Below, one piece after another: positions 9,946 to 20,555 of a stretch of DNA of 64,000 bases. The notes below the pieces were generated by a model that saw only the letters and a program-made list of their open reading frames with translations, did not search any database and was not told where the DNA came from. Position 1 is the stretch's first letter. Every line of letters starts with the position of its first letter. Origin of the DNA: Thermoanaerobaculia bacterium (GTDB lineage: Bacteria; Acidobacteriota; Thermoanaerobaculia; Gp7-AA8); assembly GCA_038230535.1 (NCBI GenBank), contig JBBRNB010000009.1:7729-71728 (forward strand), written 5' to 3'. The position numbers and the translations under genes are program-made.

Positions 9946-10641
9946 ATGCCGCAAACGATCCATACCGAGCGCCACTTCACCGCCAGCGACACCGTTCGCG
10001 ACGTCGTCATCGGCATGTCCGACGGCCTGACCGTTCCGTTCGCGCTGGCGGCCGGACTGAGCGGTGCCGTGGCCGCCAGCGGCATCGTCGTGACTGCCGG
10101 TCTTGCCGAGATTGCCGCCGGATCGATCGCCATGGGCCTCGGCGGCTATCTGGCCGCGAAGTCCGACGCCGAGCACTACGCCGCCGAGCAGCGGAAAGAA
10201 GAACAGGAGATCATCGACATCCCCCGCGAGGAGATGAAAGAGGTGGCCGACATCTTCCGCCACTACGGCATCCCCGACGAGCACATCCGCCCGGTCGTCC
10301 AGGCCATGAGTGAGCGCCCGAAAGAGTGGGTCGACTTCATGATGCGGTTCGAGCTCGGCCTGGAGAAACCCGATCCGAAGCGCGCTCGCAACAGCGCCGC
10401 CGTCATCGCGGGTTCCTACCTCGTCGGAGGTCTGATTCCGCTCGGACCGTACATGTTCATGCACGCCGCGCACGACGCCCTGATCGTATCGATCATCGTG
10501 ACGCTCATCGCGCTTGCCGTCTTCGGCTACGTGAAGGGCAGCTACACCGGAGCCGGTCCCTGGAAGAGCGCCATGCAGACGACGATTGTCGGCAGCCTGG
10601 CAGCAGCGGCAGCATTCGTGATCGCGAAGGCGATTACGTAG
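9946..10641 (+). CDS. VIT1/CCC1 family Fe/Mn transporter
   Basis: RDVVIGMSDGLTVPFALAAG, AEIAAGSIAMGLGGYLA, FMMRFELG motifs. Confidence 0.93.
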   Translation: MPQTIHTERHFTASDTVRDVVIGMSDGLTVPFALAAGLSGAVAASGIVVTAGLAEIAAGSIAMGLGGYLAAKSDAEHYAAEQRKEEQEIIDIPREEMKEVADIFRHYGIPDEHIRPVVQAMSERPKEWVDFMMRFELGLEKPDPKRARNSAAVIAGSYLVGGLIPLGPYMFMHAAHDALIVSIIVTLIALAVFGYVKGSYTGAGPWKSAMQTTIVGSLAAAAAFVIAKAIT

Positions 10642-10760
10642 TCTGGCGACACGGGCATGGAGCGAGATCTCATGCATCGCTCGACACTCCGCGCGGCAGA
10701 ACACTCGATACGGCACTGTAGCCGGAGCCTTGGGCAACCAACCTCGCCGGCCGTGCCGGC

Positions 10761-11789
10761 CTACCGCGTCACGTACTGTTTCTCGTAGTACGCCTTGAAC
10801 TCCGCGCTCCGCTCCTTGATGGCGCGCCACCAAGGCTCGTTGCCGATGTACCACTGCACGGTGCTGCGGAGAGCGTCGTCGAAGTTTGTCGAGCAGCGGA
10901 AGCCCAATGACTCCACCCTGGACATGTCGATCGAATAGCGGCGGTCATGGCCTTGACGGTCTGCCACGCGTTTGATGAGCGACTCGGGCTTCCCCGTCAG
11001 CTCGAGGATCTTCGTTGTGATGTCCCGGTTCTCGCGCTCGTTACCGCCGCCGATGTTGTACGTCTCGCCATCGGCGCCATGTTCGATGAGGAAGTCGACC
11101 GCCGCGCAATGATCCTCGACATAGAGCCAGTCGCGGACGTTGCGGCCGTCGCCGTAGAGCGGTAGAGGCAAGTCGTCGATGGCGTTCGTGACGAAGAGAG
11201 GGATGAGCTTCTCCGGATACTGCCACGGACCGAAGTTGTTCGACGCGCGGGTCACGATGACGGGCAGCCCGTAAGTCTGCGAGTAAGCGTACGCCATGCG
11301 GTCGCCGCCGGCCTTTGACGCCGAATACGGATTGCGCGGGTTGAGCGGATCGGTCTCTGTGAATGACCCAGTATCGATCGAGCCGTAGACCTCATCCGTC
11401 GAGATCTGGACAAAGCGCTTCAGGCCAGGCGCCTGTTTGCGCGCTTCCTCGAGCAGAACGAGCACACCGTGCACGTCGGTCTCGATGAACGTGCCGGCTT
11501 CCATGAGCGAGCGGTCGACGTGTGTCTCGGCAGCGAAGTTGACGACGATATCGACCCCGCTTCCATCCACTCCCTTGTAAGCCTCGGCGACATCCTCAGG
11601 CTTGGCGATGTCGCCATGAAGGAAGCGGTAGTTCGACTTCCCTTCGTACTCGGCGAGGTTCTCGCGGATACCGGCATACGTCAGCTTGTCGAGGTTTACG
11701 ACCTGGGCGTCGTCGCCGTATTTCTGGAAAAGGTAACGAACGAAGTTGGATCCGATGAAACCGGCACCGCCGGTGACGAGGTAGCGCAT
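10761..11789 (-). CDS. rfbB: dTDP-glucose 4,6-dehydratase
   Basis: LVTGGAGFIGSNF, LDKLTYAG, FAAETHVDRS, STDEVYG, YSASK, GHDRRY. Confidence 0.96.
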   Translation of the reverse strand: MRYLVTGGAGFIGSNFVRYLFQKYGDDAQVVNLDKLTYAGIRENLAEYEGKSNYRFLHGDIAKPEDVAEAYKGVDGSGVDIVVNFAAETHVDRSLMEAGTFIETDVHGVLVLLEEARKQAPGLKRFVQISTDEVYGSIDTGSFTETDPLNPRNPYSASKAGGDRMAYAYSQTYGLPVIVTRASNNFGPWQYPEKLIPLFVTNAIDDLPLPLYGDGRNVRDWLYVEDHCAAVDFLIEHGADGETYNIGGGNERENRDITTKILELTGKPESLIKRVADRQGHDRRYSIDMSRVESLGFRCSTNFDDALRSTVQWYIGNEPWWRAIKERSAEFKAYYEKQYVTR

Positions 11790-11944
11790 GAGGGGGCGAT
11801 CTTGTAGCACGAAGTGGGGAGGAGAGAAAGCGGGGGTGAGGTAGTGGGGCGTGGAGGAATGACGCGGCCTGTACTCTGTCATCCAGGATGACAGTTTGGG
11901 ACAGGCGCTTTCTTCGAGCCTACACCCTTACAATCCCCCTCCTC

Positions 11945-13297
11945 ATGTCCGCCGGACCATTCCGCATCGAACTGCGGCAACTCCTCCGCCTCGCTGGGCC
12001 GCTCGCGGCTGCACAGGCGGGGAACCAGATCATGGGTCTCGTCGACCTTGCGGTCGTCGGGCGCCTCGGCGCGCGTGAGCTCGGGGCGGCGGGGCTGGGC
12101 AACGCCATCTTCTTCACCATCTCGATCCTCGGCATGGGGCTGGTCTTCGGTGTCGATCCGATGATCTCCCAGGCCTTTGGCGGTCAGGATCCCGTTCGGG
12201 CGAGACACGTGTTGTGGCAGGGCATCTGGCTGGCGCTTGGTGTCACGGTGGTGCTGACGATCCCGCTGCTCGTTTCACCGATGCTCCTGTCGCTATTTCA
12301 GGTGACGCCGTCGCTGCGGCCGATCGCGATCCAGTTCCTTCTCGTGCGCACGCCAGGGCTCGGGCCGATTCTGCTGTTTCTCGTCGTCCGCGCGTACCTG
12401 CAGGCGCAGCACGTTACGTGGCCGATGGTGATCGCGACACTGATCGGCAACGTCTTCAACCTCGTCTCGGACATCGTCCTGGTCTTCGGCTGGGGGCCGT
12501 TTCCGCGCATGGGCGTTGCCGGCGCGGCGTTGTCGTCCGATCTCGGCGGGGTGCTACAACTGGCGATCGTGGCCTGGACGGTGAAATCGATCCACCTCCC
12601 GCCGCACGACGCCGGCGTGCTGCATCACCCCAAATGGCCCGAGATCAGGCAAGCCATCAGCATCGGTCTGCCGATCGGTGTGCAGTTGGCAGCGGAGATC
12701 GGGATCTTCGCGCTTGTCGGCCTTCTGGCCGGTCACCTCGGCACCATCGACCTGGCCGCGCATCAGCTCGTGCTGGCCTTTGCCTCGCTGACTTTCACGG
12801 TGGCTGTCGGCGTCGCCTCGGCTGGCTCGGTCCGCGTCGGCCTTGCCGTCGGCGCTCGCGATCAGGCTCGCACGCGAACTGCCGGTTTTGCGGCATTCCT
12901 CGGAGGAGTCTGCTGGATGCTCGCCGGCGCTTCGGTATTCGCGTTCTTTCCTCGCGCCGTTGCCAGGCTGCTGACAGATCAGCAAACCGTGATCACCGCG
13001 GCCGTTCCCATCCTCCTCGTCGCTGCCGTTTTCCAGCTATCCGACGGCATGCAGGCCATCGGAGCGGGCGTGCTGCGCGGCGCTGGCGATACGACGTTCC
13101 CCTTGATCTCCAACCTGGTCGGCCACTGGCTCATCGGTCTCCCGATCGCCATCTACCTCGGCTTCCACCGAAACATGGGGATTGTCGGCCTTTGGTGGGG
13201 ACTGTGCGCCGGATTGACGGTCGTTGCGGCGCTGCTGCTGTTCCGATTCAACCGGCTATCGAAGTCGGTGATTGCGCCGATCGCACGACGTACGTAG
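11945..13297 (+). CDS. MATE family efflux transporter
   Basis: LA.P......MG.VD...VGRLG..ELGA, MGVAGAA, RVG.AVGA, FQLSDG.Q....GVLRG.GDT; about 12 TM segments. Confidence 0.93.
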   Translation: MSAGPFRIELRQLLRLAGPLAAAQAGNQIMGLVDLAVVGRLGARELGAAGLGNAIFFTISILGMGLVFGVDPMISQAFGGQDPVRARHVLWQGIWLALGVTVVLTIPLLVSPMLLSLFQVTPSLRPIAIQFLLVRTPGLGPILLFLVVRAYLQAQHVTWPMVIATLIGNVFNLVSDIVLVFGWGPFPRMGVAGAALSSDLGGVLQLAIVAWTVKSIHLPPHDAGVLHHPKWPEIRQAISIGLPIGVQLAAEIGIFALVGLLAGHLGTIDLAAHQLVLAFASLTFTVAVGVASAGSVRVGLAVGARDQARTRTAGFAAFLGGVCWMLAGASVFAFFPRAVARLLTDQQTVITAAVPILLVAAVFQLSDGMQAIGAGVLRGAGDTTFPLISNLVGHWLIGLPIAIYLGFHRNMGIVGLWWGLCAGLTVVAALLLFRFNRLSKSVIAPIARRT

Positions 13298-13298
13298 G

Positions 13299-15791
13299 CT
13301 ACGACGCCCGACGCCTTGGGAGAACGAGCGGGATTGCGTTCGAATACGGCGAAACGCCGGCACCACTCCACCCTCGGACACGAAACTCGAACTTTGTCGT
13401 GGTCGAGTTCATGTGTACCGACAGCGACGTGGTGAGCCCTTGCGACAGATCGAGCTCGCGCCATTCATCACCGCTGCCGTTGCGATACTCGACTCGGTAC
13501 TCGGTTGCATTCGCCACCGGCGTCCACTGAAGAGTGGCAACCGACGCGGCGAAGACCGACGACAGTTTCGGCGCCGGCCCAATCGTGGCCGCAGCGGTCG
13601 TCTGAATCGTTACCCGAGATGCGCCGTAGTACGGCGCGGCTTCGACGGCCTGGGACGAAACGAGCACCTCGCGGCCAGCGGCATTGATCAACACCAGATC
13701 TCCCGTGGTCGCGGCCGTTTCGATAACCTTCACGTCTGACGCGCTCCCATCAGTATGCACCGCGACCAGGTAACTATTCACCGGTGACCGCTCGTGATGG
13801 ACGTAATCGCCGGTTGGTGATCTTACATAGTCCGTCTCATCGATCCTCGCCGCGACCACAAAGTCAGTCCCGTCAACGACGATGGACGGGCGGCCGAGAC
13901 TGCCGGCTTCCGGCAAGTTGACCGGTACGCTGCCAAGCGATTTGCCGTCCGGAGAAATGCGCGTGATCGTCAGCGCACCGTTCGTGGCGACCGCGAGAAA
14001 CTCGCTGCCGTTCCATGCCACGGCGGTTGACAATGGGTATCCGAAGCCGGGCTCACTGATCGGAACCTCCGATCCAGGCTCGAACGTGGGCGTGAGAAGA
14101 AGCACATGCCCTGCTTCCTTCTGGAAACAGCTGACGCAATACCCTTCCAGCCGGCGGAACGACATCAGAAATGCCGAGCCACTCCAAGCCAGCATCGGGT
14201 CGTAGATCTGTCCTCCGTTTTGGGGCACCGGCAACACATGAAGGGGACCAACCGCGCCTGAGGGGTCAACGGTGAAGACTCCAGCTCCAGTACCGCTGGT
14301 CATGTTGCCGGCAATCACATAACGATGACCGTCCCAGATCGCGCTCGTCGGCTCAACGGAGAGAGAGGTCGCCAGTGATGTTGTATCGAGGCGCGTTCCG
14401 TCTGAGGCCAGACGTGCGGCGCCGCCATACCAAACGATCAGAAAGTCGGTGCCGTTGCTGGCCAGGACCACGGGATACGGCCACGTGATGGGACCCAGCT
14501 CCCGCCAATGACCGGAGCCATCGAGAAGACCGGCCGAGATCGTTGCCGATGGCTGATCAATCCATGTGACGAGTGTCTCGGCGCCGTTCGATGCAGCGGC
14601 GGGATTCAGTTGCCCGCCAGCGGCGATTGCAACGGGGAACGGCGTTCCAATCCATGCATCTCCAACAGCCGCGGCATGCAGGTAGCCTGAGCCAGCGTTT
14701 CCGGCATAGCCGCCACTTGGAAGGTCGGCCCACATGACGACACTCGAACCGTTTGCGGCGGCAGTGGCGACTCCGAATACCCGATTCTCGGTTTGAACCG
14801 GCTGAGAATTCGAGATCGCAAAAGGCGAAGAGTCGATTCGCGTCACATACGCGTTCCCACTCACATCCAGCCTGGAAGTCGGAGAATCTCCGTCGATGTA
14901 GCCGCAGACGTACTGACGCCCGTCGAACGCGATCGAAGGCTGACCGATGCGCGCTGTGGCCGGCTTCTGCGTGGTTCTCGCCACAGTTCCACTCCCCAAC
15001 ACAACGCCGTCCGCCCCCAGGCTCGTGGCGCGGAGGGTTCCGTCGCTCGCAGTCCAAAGCACCATGTACGCATGACCGTCACTCGCAATCGAGACGTACT
15101 GCACCGGTTGATCTGACGTCGAGCCAGTACCAAGACCTTCGAGCGACGTCGTCGCGACGACGGTGCCAGCCTTATCGAGGGTCACCACATTGACGCCACT
15201 TGCCGACACCACCGCCACGGCGAAGCCGCTCGCGTTCGCGGAGATCGCGTATCGAGACAAACCGCTGAACAGCAAGGTCGTTGGAAGGATGATGTTCCTT
15301 TCGAGAATGATTCCATCGCGTGAAAGAAGAACCATCTCCAGGCCAATCCCGCTCTTTGTCGAGTGCGTGTAGACAATGCCGATCCGGTCGCCTGACACCG
15401 CGATCGCAGGGGCAAAGGCTCCGGTCTCGACCGGAATCGGGTCGCCGGCTGGATGCGCCGCGTCATCGACAAAAATCGCTTCAAGATCATGCTGATGAGT
15501 GGCGGCCACGACATAACGGTCACCGGCGGCTGCGATGGATGGAGCCGACCAACCCCACTGTTCGATCGGTACGCCGACGTTTGATTCGCCCTCTCCGATG
15601 TGAGCCACACGCTGGTCGCGATCAGTCTGCCAGACAGCCACAAAGCCGTGTCCGTTCGATGCGACAGCCGCGCGTGCCGAGATACCCGTCGCCGCATAGC
15701 GCACATGCGTCAGCGGAGTGGAAGGAGTAAAAGGCGCCGCGGTGACAGCGTTTGCAAGGAGAAGCGCCGCGGAGAAAACGGTTATGCGCAT
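13299..15791 (-). CDS. Large secreted protein with beta-propeller-like repeats and C-terminal FN3 domain
   Basis: Signal peptide MRITVFSAALLLANAVTA; recurring 'ASNG..FxxxW' / 'AWNG..F' blades; FN3 'LQW.PV.NA.EYRVEY...FRVRG...G.S.YSN'; ends PRRRAS. Confidence 0.8.
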   Translation of the reverse strand: MRITVFSAALLLANAVTAAPFTPSTPLTHVRYAATGISARAAVASNGHGFVAVWQTDRDQRVAHIGEGESNVGVPIEQWGWSAPSIAAAGDRYVVAATHQHDLEAIFVDDAAHPAGDPIPVETGAFAPAIAVSGDRIGIVYTHSTKSGIGLEMVLLSRDGIILERNIILPTTLLFSGLSRYAISANASGFAVAVVSASGVNVVTLDKAGTVVATTSLEGLGTGSTSDQPVQYVSIASDGHAYMVLWTASDGTLRATSLGADGVVLGSGTVARTTQKPATARIGQPSIAFDGRQYVCGYIDGDSPTSRLDVSGNAYVTRIDSSPFAISNSQPVQTENRVFGVATAAANGSSVVMWADLPSGGYAGNAGSGYLHAAAVGDAWIGTPFPVAIAAGGQLNPAAASNGAETLVTWIDQPSATISAGLLDGSGHWRELGPITWPYPVVLASNGTDFLIVWYGGAARLASDGTRLDTTSLATSLSVEPTSAIWDGHRYVIAGNMTSGTGAGVFTVDPSGAVGPLHVLPVPQNGGQIYDPMLAWSGSAFLMSFRRLEGYCVSCFQKEAGHVLLLTPTFEPGSEVPISEPGFGYPLSTAVAWNGSEFLAVATNGALTITRISPDGKSLGSVPVNLPEAGSLGRPSIVVDGTDFVVAARIDETDYVRSPTGDYVHHERSPVNSYLVAVHTDGSASDVKVIETAATTGDLVLINAAGREVLVSSQAVEAAPYYGASRVTIQTTAAATIGPAPKLSSVFAASVATLQWTPVANATEYRVEYRNGSGDEWRELDLSQGLTTSLSVHMNSTTTKFEFRVRGWSGAGVSPYSNAIPLVLPRRRAS

Positions 15792-15848
15792 GAACTCACT
15801 CTACTCCATGTTCGAGATCAGCACTTCTTCTCACGCCACCCACGGGGA

Positions 15849-15874
15849 TTCGGCCCAGCGCAGCTGGGCCCTAC
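15849..15874. repeat. Single GTAG-type REP (same family as 1225-1341)
   Basis: TTCGGCCCAGCGCAGCTGGGCCCTAC. Confidence 0.75.
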
Positions 15875-15974
15875 TGTGCCTATCTCGCTATCGCAACGAG
15901 CGTCCTCTCTGAAGGACACTCGCTATCCGCGGATAGCAACCGTGTATTGACGTCATAGGCCGGTGGCTATCCCC

Positions 15975-16515
15975 GGATCGCTCCGAGTGATCCGAAGAAG
16001 ACTCCGAGTCTTTGATCGGATAGCACGAGGGTCATGATGAGAAGACCCGAGGGTATTGCGTTCAAGACTCCGAGTCTTCCTTTCGATACTCCCTCCCTAT
16101 CCGCGGAAGACTCCGAGTCTTTCCGTCCATGACTCCCTGGTCTTCCACGCAATACCCCGGTGCTATCCGCGGATCACCTCGGAGTCTTCCTCGGAATGCA
16201 CCGAGTTATCCGATCGATGCTCGAGGGGATTGCGAGGAGTGGTCGCGAGTCTTGGGAGGGGTGCTCGAGAGTCTTACGTCGAACGCACCGGGTGATCAGA
16301 AGAACGCACGCCGTCATCCAGGGAGTGCTCTCCAGTCCTGTCTGGAACGCTCGCGCGTTATCCCATCGGTGCTCGGAGTCATACGTGGAATGCTCAGCCG
16401 ATTGCCAGGGATGCACCGGCGATCATGGGGAGGAGCATCGAGCATCGCGAGCATGAGCGGAGGGTATCTCGGAGGATGCGTCGAGCATCGCGAAGATCAG
16501 CCGAGGGTCTTGCGG
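15975..16515. repeat. Degenerate tandem array with 21-22 bp period; core palindrome AAGACTCCGAGTCTT
   Basis: Exact cores at 15998, 16064, 16107; degenerate units near 15977, 16020, 16042, 16086, 16129, 16151, 16173, decaying rightwards. Confidence 0.65.
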
Positions 16516-16551
16516 GGAGCGCCGGATGCCTGACGATGAAACCCAGGGGAG

Positions 16552-16573
16552 GCACAGACACTCCTGTCTGTGC
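16552..16573. repeat. REP-like hairpin
   Basis: GCACAGAC-ACTCCT-GTCTGTGC perfect 8-bp stem, just downstream of the respiratory operon. Confidence 0.6.
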
Positions 16574-16608
16574 TGAGGGGCAAGCCACGATGTCATTAGA
16601 AAAGCGGC

Positions 16609-16776
16609 CTACGGCTTGTCACGCAACTCCGCCACAATCTCCTCCAGCAACTGGATCACGCGCTGGTTCTGCTCCTCAGTCCGACGCTGCGAGGCGCGGG
16701 TCGACTTCATCCACGTGTAGCAGAGGTAGATGATGACGAGCGACGCGAGAACGAGGATCGGACCGGCGTAAACCAC
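16609..16776 (-). CDS. 55-aa single-pass membrane protein at the end of the oxidase operon (absent from ORF track)
   Basis: GTG 1 nt after the ctaF stop; MVYAGPILVLASLVIIYLCYTWMKSTRASQRRTEEQNQRVIQLLEEIVAELRDKP*; GC-rich third codon positions. Confidence 0.7.
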   Translation of the reverse strand: MVYAGPILVLASLVIIYLCYTWMKSTRASQRRTEEQNQRVIQLLEEIVAELRDKP

Positions 16777-16777
16777 G

Positions 16778-17113
16778 TCAATAGATCTTCCAGAGGCGCG
16801 TCAGGTAGTCGGCGAAGGTAAGCACGAAGAGCACGCCGAGCCAGAGGAACGACGCGATGATGACCACCCAGGTCAGCCGCGTCGAATGAATCACGTGCAT
16901 GAAGAAGAGGATCACAAGCACTGCCTTGATCGTGGCGATGATCAGGGCGATGGGCGTGTTCCACATACCGAGGTCGAAACGGGAGGCGGCGACGGTGAGG
17001 ACCGTCCCGACGGCCAGCGCGAAGAAGACCACGAGGTAGATCCAGATCGGTGTCACATGCACGTGCGGGGCGTGTTCGGTATGTTCCCTGCCGGCCGTGG
17101 TTACGTCAGCCAT
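16778..17113 (-). CDS. ctaF: Cytochrome c oxidase subunit IV family
   Basis: Three TM segments; IA.IKA.LV..FFMH motif; ends DYLTR. Confidence 0.88.
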   Translation of the reverse strand: MADVTTAGREHTEHAPHVHVTPIWIYLVVFFALAVGTVLTVAASRFDLGMWNTPIALIIATIKAVLVILFFMHVIHSTRLTWVVIIASFLWLGVLFVLTFADYLTRLWKIY

Positions 17114-17822
17114 GGTGTGCTCCGTGGATCAGGTAGAGGAACGGGAAGAGGAAGATCCAGACGATGTCGACGAAGTGCCAGTAGAGGCCCATGATCTCGA
17201 CAGGGCCGTAGTACTCCGGTCCGAAGTGGCCGGACCATGCTCGCTTGATGAACCAGAGAAGCAGTCCCGCGCCGATGACCATGTGCAGGGCATGCAGCCC
17301 GGTCAGGGTCCAGTAGAAGGTCATGAAGAGCTCGACCTTTGGTGCCAGGGCCGGCACTTCGTTCCAGTGGAACGCTACCCCGGGGAACAGGCCCTCTTCA
17401 TAGTGTTTCGCATACTCGTAACCCTTCACGCCCAGAAAGATGCTGCCGAAGAAGAGCGTGGCGATGAGCATGTAGACGGTGGCCATCCGTCGTCCGAGCT
17501 GTGCGTTGCGCACCGCGAGGGCCATGGTCAGTGAGCTGATGATCAGAACGATGGTGTTGATCGCGCCCAGCCACCAGATCTGTTGCGCGGCTCCGACTGC
17601 CCAGGCCTCGGGGTACATGACTCTGTAGATCCAATAGGCGCAGAGAACGCCGCCGAAGAAGAGGATCTCCGTCGACAGGAACATCCACATCCCCAGCGTC
17701 GAGGCTTCGTGCTGCTGCCCGAGGTCCTCGAAGTGATGCTGAAGGAACGGGTGATGCTGCCCGTGCCCGGCATGATCCACCTCCGGCACAGGGACGTTGC
17801 CTGTGAGAGTGACGTCAGACAT
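17106..17822 (-). CDS. ctaE: Cytochrome c oxidase subunit III
   Basis: [40 protein letters not shown]. Confidence 0.95.
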   Translation of the reverse strand: MSDVTLTGNVPVPEVDHAGHGQHHPFLQHHFEDLGQQHEASTLGMWMFLSTEILFFGGVLCAYWIYRVMYPEAWAVGAAQQIWWLGAINTIVLIISSLTMALAVRNAQLGRRMATVYMLIATLFFGSIFLGVKGYEYAKHYEEGLFPGVAFHWNEVPALAPKVELFMTFYWTLTGLHALHMVIGAGLLLWFIKRAWSGHFGPEYYGPVEIMGLYWHFVDIVWIFLFPFLYLIHGAHHG

Positions 17823-19470
17823 TCTGCGTCTCCCCCCTCGCTTTCATCATGGCCGGGTAATCGTACGCGTCCCAGGTCACGACCGGCGTTTCGTGGAAGT
17901 TGTCGTGCGGCGGAGGCGAGGCCGTCGTCCACTCCAGACCGACCGCGCCCCACGGATTGGGACCGGCCAGCCGGCCGTACCAGAGAGACCAGAGCAGATA
18001 GACCAGCGGCAACGCGTACCCGATCGCCAGCACCGAGGCGCCGGCGGTCGACATCACGTTGAGCACCTGAAACTCCGGCGCGTAGGCGTGGTAGCGGCGC
18101 GGCATGCCGAGGTACCCGAGGATGAACTGCGGGAAGAACGTCAGATTGAAACCTGCGAAGATCAGGAGCGCGGCGAGGCGCGCCCACCACTCGGGGTACA
18201 TCCGTCCGGTGATCTTCGGCCACCAGTAGTGAATCCCGGCCATGTAGGCCATGACGGCGCCGCCGACCATGATGTAGTGGAAGTGTGCGACGACGAAGTA
18301 GGTGTCGGTGACATGCACGTCGAGGCCGATCGCGGCGAGAAAGAGTCCGGTCACGCCGCCGATGGTGAAGAGACCGATGAAACCGAGGATGTAGAGCATC
18401 GGCGTCATCAGCGCCACCGACGCGCGGTAGAGCGTGGCCGTCCAGTTGAAGACCTTGATCGCCGATGGCACCGCCACGAAATAGCTGAGGAAGGAGAAGA
18501 TCATCGCCGAGTAGACCGAGATCCCGGCCACGAACATGTGGTGCGCCCAAACCAGGAAGCCGAGGAAGGCGATGGCCAGCGACGAATAGGCGACAAAGCT
18601 GTAGCCGAAGATCTTCTTGCGCGTGAACGCCGCCACCACTTCCGAGGCCACACCCATCGCCGGCAGAATCATGATGTAGACGGCCGGGTGGGAGTAGAAC
18701 CAGAACATGTGCTGGTAGAGAAGCGGATCGCCGCCCAGGGCCGGATCGAAGATGCCGACGTGCAGCACGCGCTCGACCATGAGCATGACCAGCGTGATGG
18801 CCAGGACCGGCGTGGCCAGAAGCTGCACGATGCTGGTGGCGTACATCGCCCAGACGAACAGCGGCAGCCGGAACCAGGTCAGACCGGGAGCGCGCATACG
18901 GTGAATCGTCACCAGGAAATTGAGCCCGGTCAGGATCGACGAGAAGCCGACGATGAACGCGGCGAAGGTCACCCCGAAGACGTGCGTGTTCGAGAACTGC
19001 GTCGAGAAGGGCGTGTAGAACGTCCAGCCGGTATCGACGCCGCCGGTGATGATGATGTACAGCCCCATCACCGCCGAGATCATGTAGAGGTACCAGCTCA
19101 GCAGGTTGATCTTCGGGAAGGCCAGATCCTTCGCCCCGATCATCAGCGGCAGCAGGAAGTTACCGAGCACCGCCGGGATGGACGGGATGAGGAAGAAGAA
19201 GATCATCACGATGCCGTGCAGCGTGAAGAACTTGTTGTAGGTATCGCTGGTGAGCAGGTCGCCTTCGGGTGTGAGGAGCTCGATGCGCATGACCACGGCG
19301 AAGAAGCCGCCGAGCATGAACAGAGCCGTGATCGAAAGGAGGTAGAGGATCGCGATCCGTTTGTGGTCCTTCGTCAGGAGCCAGGAGAGCGCGCCGTAGT
19401 CGTGCGTGATGTAGTTGCGCGTCCCTTCCGGCTCGACGAAGCGCGCATCGTTCAGTGTCAGTGAGCTCAT
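17815..19470 (-). CDS. ctaD: Cytochrome c oxidase subunit I (type A2)
   Basis: [29 protein letters not shown] (A2 YS motif), WAHHM, VAHFHY, GMPRRY. Confidence 0.97.
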   Translation of the reverse strand: MSSLTLNDARFVEPEGTRNYITHDYGALSWLLTKDHKRIAILYLLSITALFMLGGFFAVVMRIELLTPEGDLLTSDTYNKFFTLHGIVMIFFFLIPSIPAVLGNFLLPLMIGAKDLAFPKINLLSWYLYMISAVMGLYIIITGGVDTGWTFYTPFSTQFSNTHVFGVTFAAFIVGFSSILTGLNFLVTIHRMRAPGLTWFRLPLFVWAMYATSIVQLLATPVLAITLVMLMVERVLHVGIFDPALGGDPLLYQHMFWFYSHPAVYIMILPAMGVASEVVAAFTRKKIFGYSFVAYSSLAIAFLGFLVWAHHMFVAGISVYSAMIFSFLSYFVAVPSAIKVFNWTATLYRASVALMTPMLYILGFIGLFTIGGVTGLFLAAIGLDVHVTDTYFVVAHFHYIMVGGAVMAYMAGIHYWWPKITGRMYPEWWARLAALLIFAGFNLTFFPQFILGYLGMPRRYHAYAPEFQVLNVMSTAGASVLAIGYALPLVYLLWSLWYGRLAGPNPWGAVGLEWTTASPPPHDNFHETPVVTWDAYDYPAMMKARGETQNV

Positions 19471-20555
19471 GGCTTCGTACCTTTGCCGGATTGTGTAGTG
19501 CCGGCGCCCTGGCCGGCCGGGGATGGCGAGACCGGAGTTGGCGAGACGGCCGCCGGGGGCGGAGTTGGCGAGACCGGAGTTGGCGAGGCGGCCGCCGGGG
19601 GCGGCGGCCCTGCACTGGCGGTCTTTTGCGTGCCGAGAGAATGAACGTAGGCGACGAGCTTCAGCAAGTCGTCTTCGCTCACCTGCCCCTGGAACGCCGG
19701 CATGATCGGGCCGAAGCCCTTGGTGATTTTCGCCTGCGGGTTGAGGATCGATTCGCGGATGTAGTTTTCGTCGGCGACGACGGTGCTGTTGTCCGCCAGC
19801 GTGACGGTCGTGCCCCACAAGCCGGCGAGCACCGGACCGCGCCCGGTGGCGTCATTGGTATGGCAGGTGCTGCAGGCGTATCTCTGGAACAGCTTCTCGC
19901 CCTGCGACGCCAGCGAGCCTTCGACGCCGCCGGCCAGCCACTTCTGATAGTCCGCCGGCTCCATCACCTCGACCCAGCCGGTCATTCCCGAGTGCATCGT
20001 GCCGCAGTATTCGGCGCAGAAGATGTGGAAACGGCCTGTCTTCGTAGCCTGGAACCACATCGTGCGATAGCGGTTCGGCAACACGTCGGCTTTCACACGG
20101 AAGGCGGGGAAGTAGAGGCTGTGGATGACGTCTTCGGAGGCCATTGTGAGACGGATCGGGCGGCCGATTGGCACGTGGAGCGTATTGATCTCCCGCTGGC
20201 CGCTGGGATGCTGGAACTTCCACATCCACTGCTTGGCGCTGACATAGATGTCGATAGCGTTGTCGGGGACGCGCTGGATGCGGAAGTAGAGCCACGAGCC
20301 CCAGACGAACATGAACATGAAGACGAGGAAGGGAATGATGATCCAGGCCGCTTCGAGCGCCTTCGGCGGTTCGTAATCCTGGGCGAACTGGTTTTCCGGC
20401 GTGCGCCGGTACTTGATGGCCAGGTAGAAGATGACCACGAAGATGAGGGCCGACATGGTGCCAGTGACGACGCACATGAACGTCATCAACGCATCGACGC
20501 CGGGGGCGACGGTCGATGCCTGATCAGGCCACAGCGGGAAGTCGGAAAGCATCAT
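19467..20555 (-). CDS. ctaC: Cytochrome c oxidase subunit II with fused cytochrome c (caa3 type)
   Basis: KQWMWKF, DVIHS, CuA motif [12 protein letters not shown], heme motif CSTCH, distal Met in IMPAF; Pro-rich tail. Confidence 0.96.
   Translation of the reverse strand: MMLSDFPLWPDQASTVAPGVDALMTFMCVVTGTMSALIFVVIFYLAIKYRRTPENQFAQDYEPPKALEAAWIIIPFLVFMFMFVWGSWLYFRIQRVPDNAIDIYVSAKQWMWKFQHPSGQREINTLHVPIGRPIRLTMASEDVIHSLYFPAFRVKADVLPNRYRTMWFQATKTGRFHIFCAEYCGTMHSGMTGWVEVMEPADYQKWLAGGVEGSLASQGEKLFQRYACSTCHTNDATGRGPVLAGLWGTTVTLADNSTVVADENYIRESILNPQAKITKGFGPIMPAFQGQVSEDDLLKLVAYVHSLGTQKTASAGPPPPAAASPTPVSPTPPPAAVSPTPVSPSPAGQGAGTTQSGKGTKP

Noticed and set aside
15975-16515. Possible CRISPR array
   Set aside because: Units are only 21-22 bp in total and degenerate, without unique spacers of 30 bp or more; no cas genes in the window.
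19471-19818. Extended N-terminus of CtaD
   Set aside because: It overlaps ctaC in another frame; ATGA coupling indicates a start at 19470.
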